Of a DNA stretch of 64,000 nt, positions 63,232 through 64,000 are shown in pieces (positions within the stretch are counted from its first letter, which is position 1; every line of letters starts with the position of its first letter). The stretch is from the NCBI GenBank assembly GCA_963668025.2, contig CAXXTH010000010.1, positions 448,001 to 512,000 of the forward strand, given 5' to 3'. The position numbers and the translations under genes were made by a program. Under the pieces are notes generated by a model, which searched no databases, was not told the origin of the DNA, and saw only the letters and a list, made by a program, of their open reading frames with translations. Source of the stretch: Candidatus Hydrogenedentota bacterium (GTDB lineage Bacteria > Hydrogenedentota > Hydrogenedentia > Hydrogenedentales > SLHB01).

Positions 63232-63936
63232 ATGCCAAAGCCTATTATCACCAGCAAACGGCACCAACCGCAGGGGCTCGATATTCTGTACGAAGATAGA
63301 GATATCCTCGTCGCGGATAAAGTTCCAGGCCTGTTGACGATTGCAACGGACAAGAAGGATATCCAGACCGCCTATTTCCGGTTGTTGGACTATGTCCGGA
63401 AAGGTAATTCCAAGTGCCGGAACCGCGTCTTCATCGTTCACCGGTTGGATCGGGACGTGTCCGGGATCATCGTTTTCGCGAAGACGGGCGAAGCCAAGCA
63501 GCACCTCCAGGATCATTGGGATGAGACGGAGAAGAAGTATCTTGCCGTGGTGCATGGCAAGATGGCGAATCCATCGGGAACGATCTCGACATATCTGGCG
63601 GAAAACCTGGCCCATTTCATGTATTCCACGCCCGACCCCAAAAAGGGGAAACTGTCCCACACCGCCTACCGGGTTCTCAAAGAGACGAAGGATTTCTCAT
63701 TGTTGGAGATCACCCTTCTTACAGGCAGAAAGAACCAGATCCGGGTCCATTTAGCGGAGAGTGGCAACCCGATTGTCGGAGACAAAAAGTACGGCGAGAA
63801 AGACAAGGAGCACCGCCGCCTGGCTCTCCATGCCTATTCGCTTTCCTTCACCCATCCCTACAGCGGAAAGCTTCTCACGTTCGAGACGCAGATTCCAGGA
63901 TATTTCAGCAGGCTGGTTGGCGGCGTGGAGCCGTAA
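63232..63936 (+). CDS. RluA family pseudouridine synthase
   Basis: VHRLDRDVSG, KKYLAVVHG, TGRKNQIRVH, IVGDKKYG, LALHA. Confidence 0.92.
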   Translation: MPKPIITSKRHQPQGLDILYEDRDILVADKVPGLLTIATDKKDIQTAYFRLLDYVRKGNSKCRNRVFIVHRLDRDVSGIIVFAKTGEAKQHLQDHWDETEKKYLAVVHGKMANPSGTISTYLAENLAHFMYSTPDPKKGKLSHTAYRVLKETKDFSLLEITLLTGRKNQIRVHLAESGNPIVGDKKYGEKDKEHRRLALHAYSLSFTHPYSGKLLTFETQIPGYFSRLVGGVEP

Positions 63937-64000
63937 GCGATATTGGCGGTTGCGCGAGCCAAAAGAAAGCTCGAGCTTGGTTGCGGCCTCGATTCATTGT

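Overview
GC-rich bacterial chromosomal window with about 38 genes; the lineage cannot be determined from the sequence. Most genes are housekeeping or envelope genes: a Wzz-like co-polymerase, fused glycyl-tRNA synthetase, recD2, a GH2 beta-galactosidase, znuACB, an MCP, cinA, rfbA with glycosyltransferases, a phosphohexomutase, a GlmU-like transferase and a RluA-family enzyme. Mobile DNA comprises a complete class IIC group II intron inserted after a terminator, and an IS4-clan insertion sequence that carries an extra HARE-HTH gene and sits between REP arms. The most unusual layer is non-coding. The AT-rich intergenic regions are built from nested inverted-repeat modules: at least four GTAG/GTGG REP families, a TA-bounded MITE family (2 full and 2 degenerate copies), a MITE with a 10-bp target duplication, and 9-bp-periodic hairpin arms. 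One pair of those arms brackets a low-GC Zn-ribbon/N-glycosidase(TIR-like) gene like a cassette. Protein-level highlights are an RHH-Zn-finger regulator with a candidate operator at znuA, a PilZ-L,D-transpeptidase fusion, a Wzz with matched 11-residue repeat arms, a pseudo-histidine kinase and a roughly 40-repeat ankyrin protein. Several 1-2 base insertions look like assembly errors. All calls come from reading motifs by eye; no searches were run.
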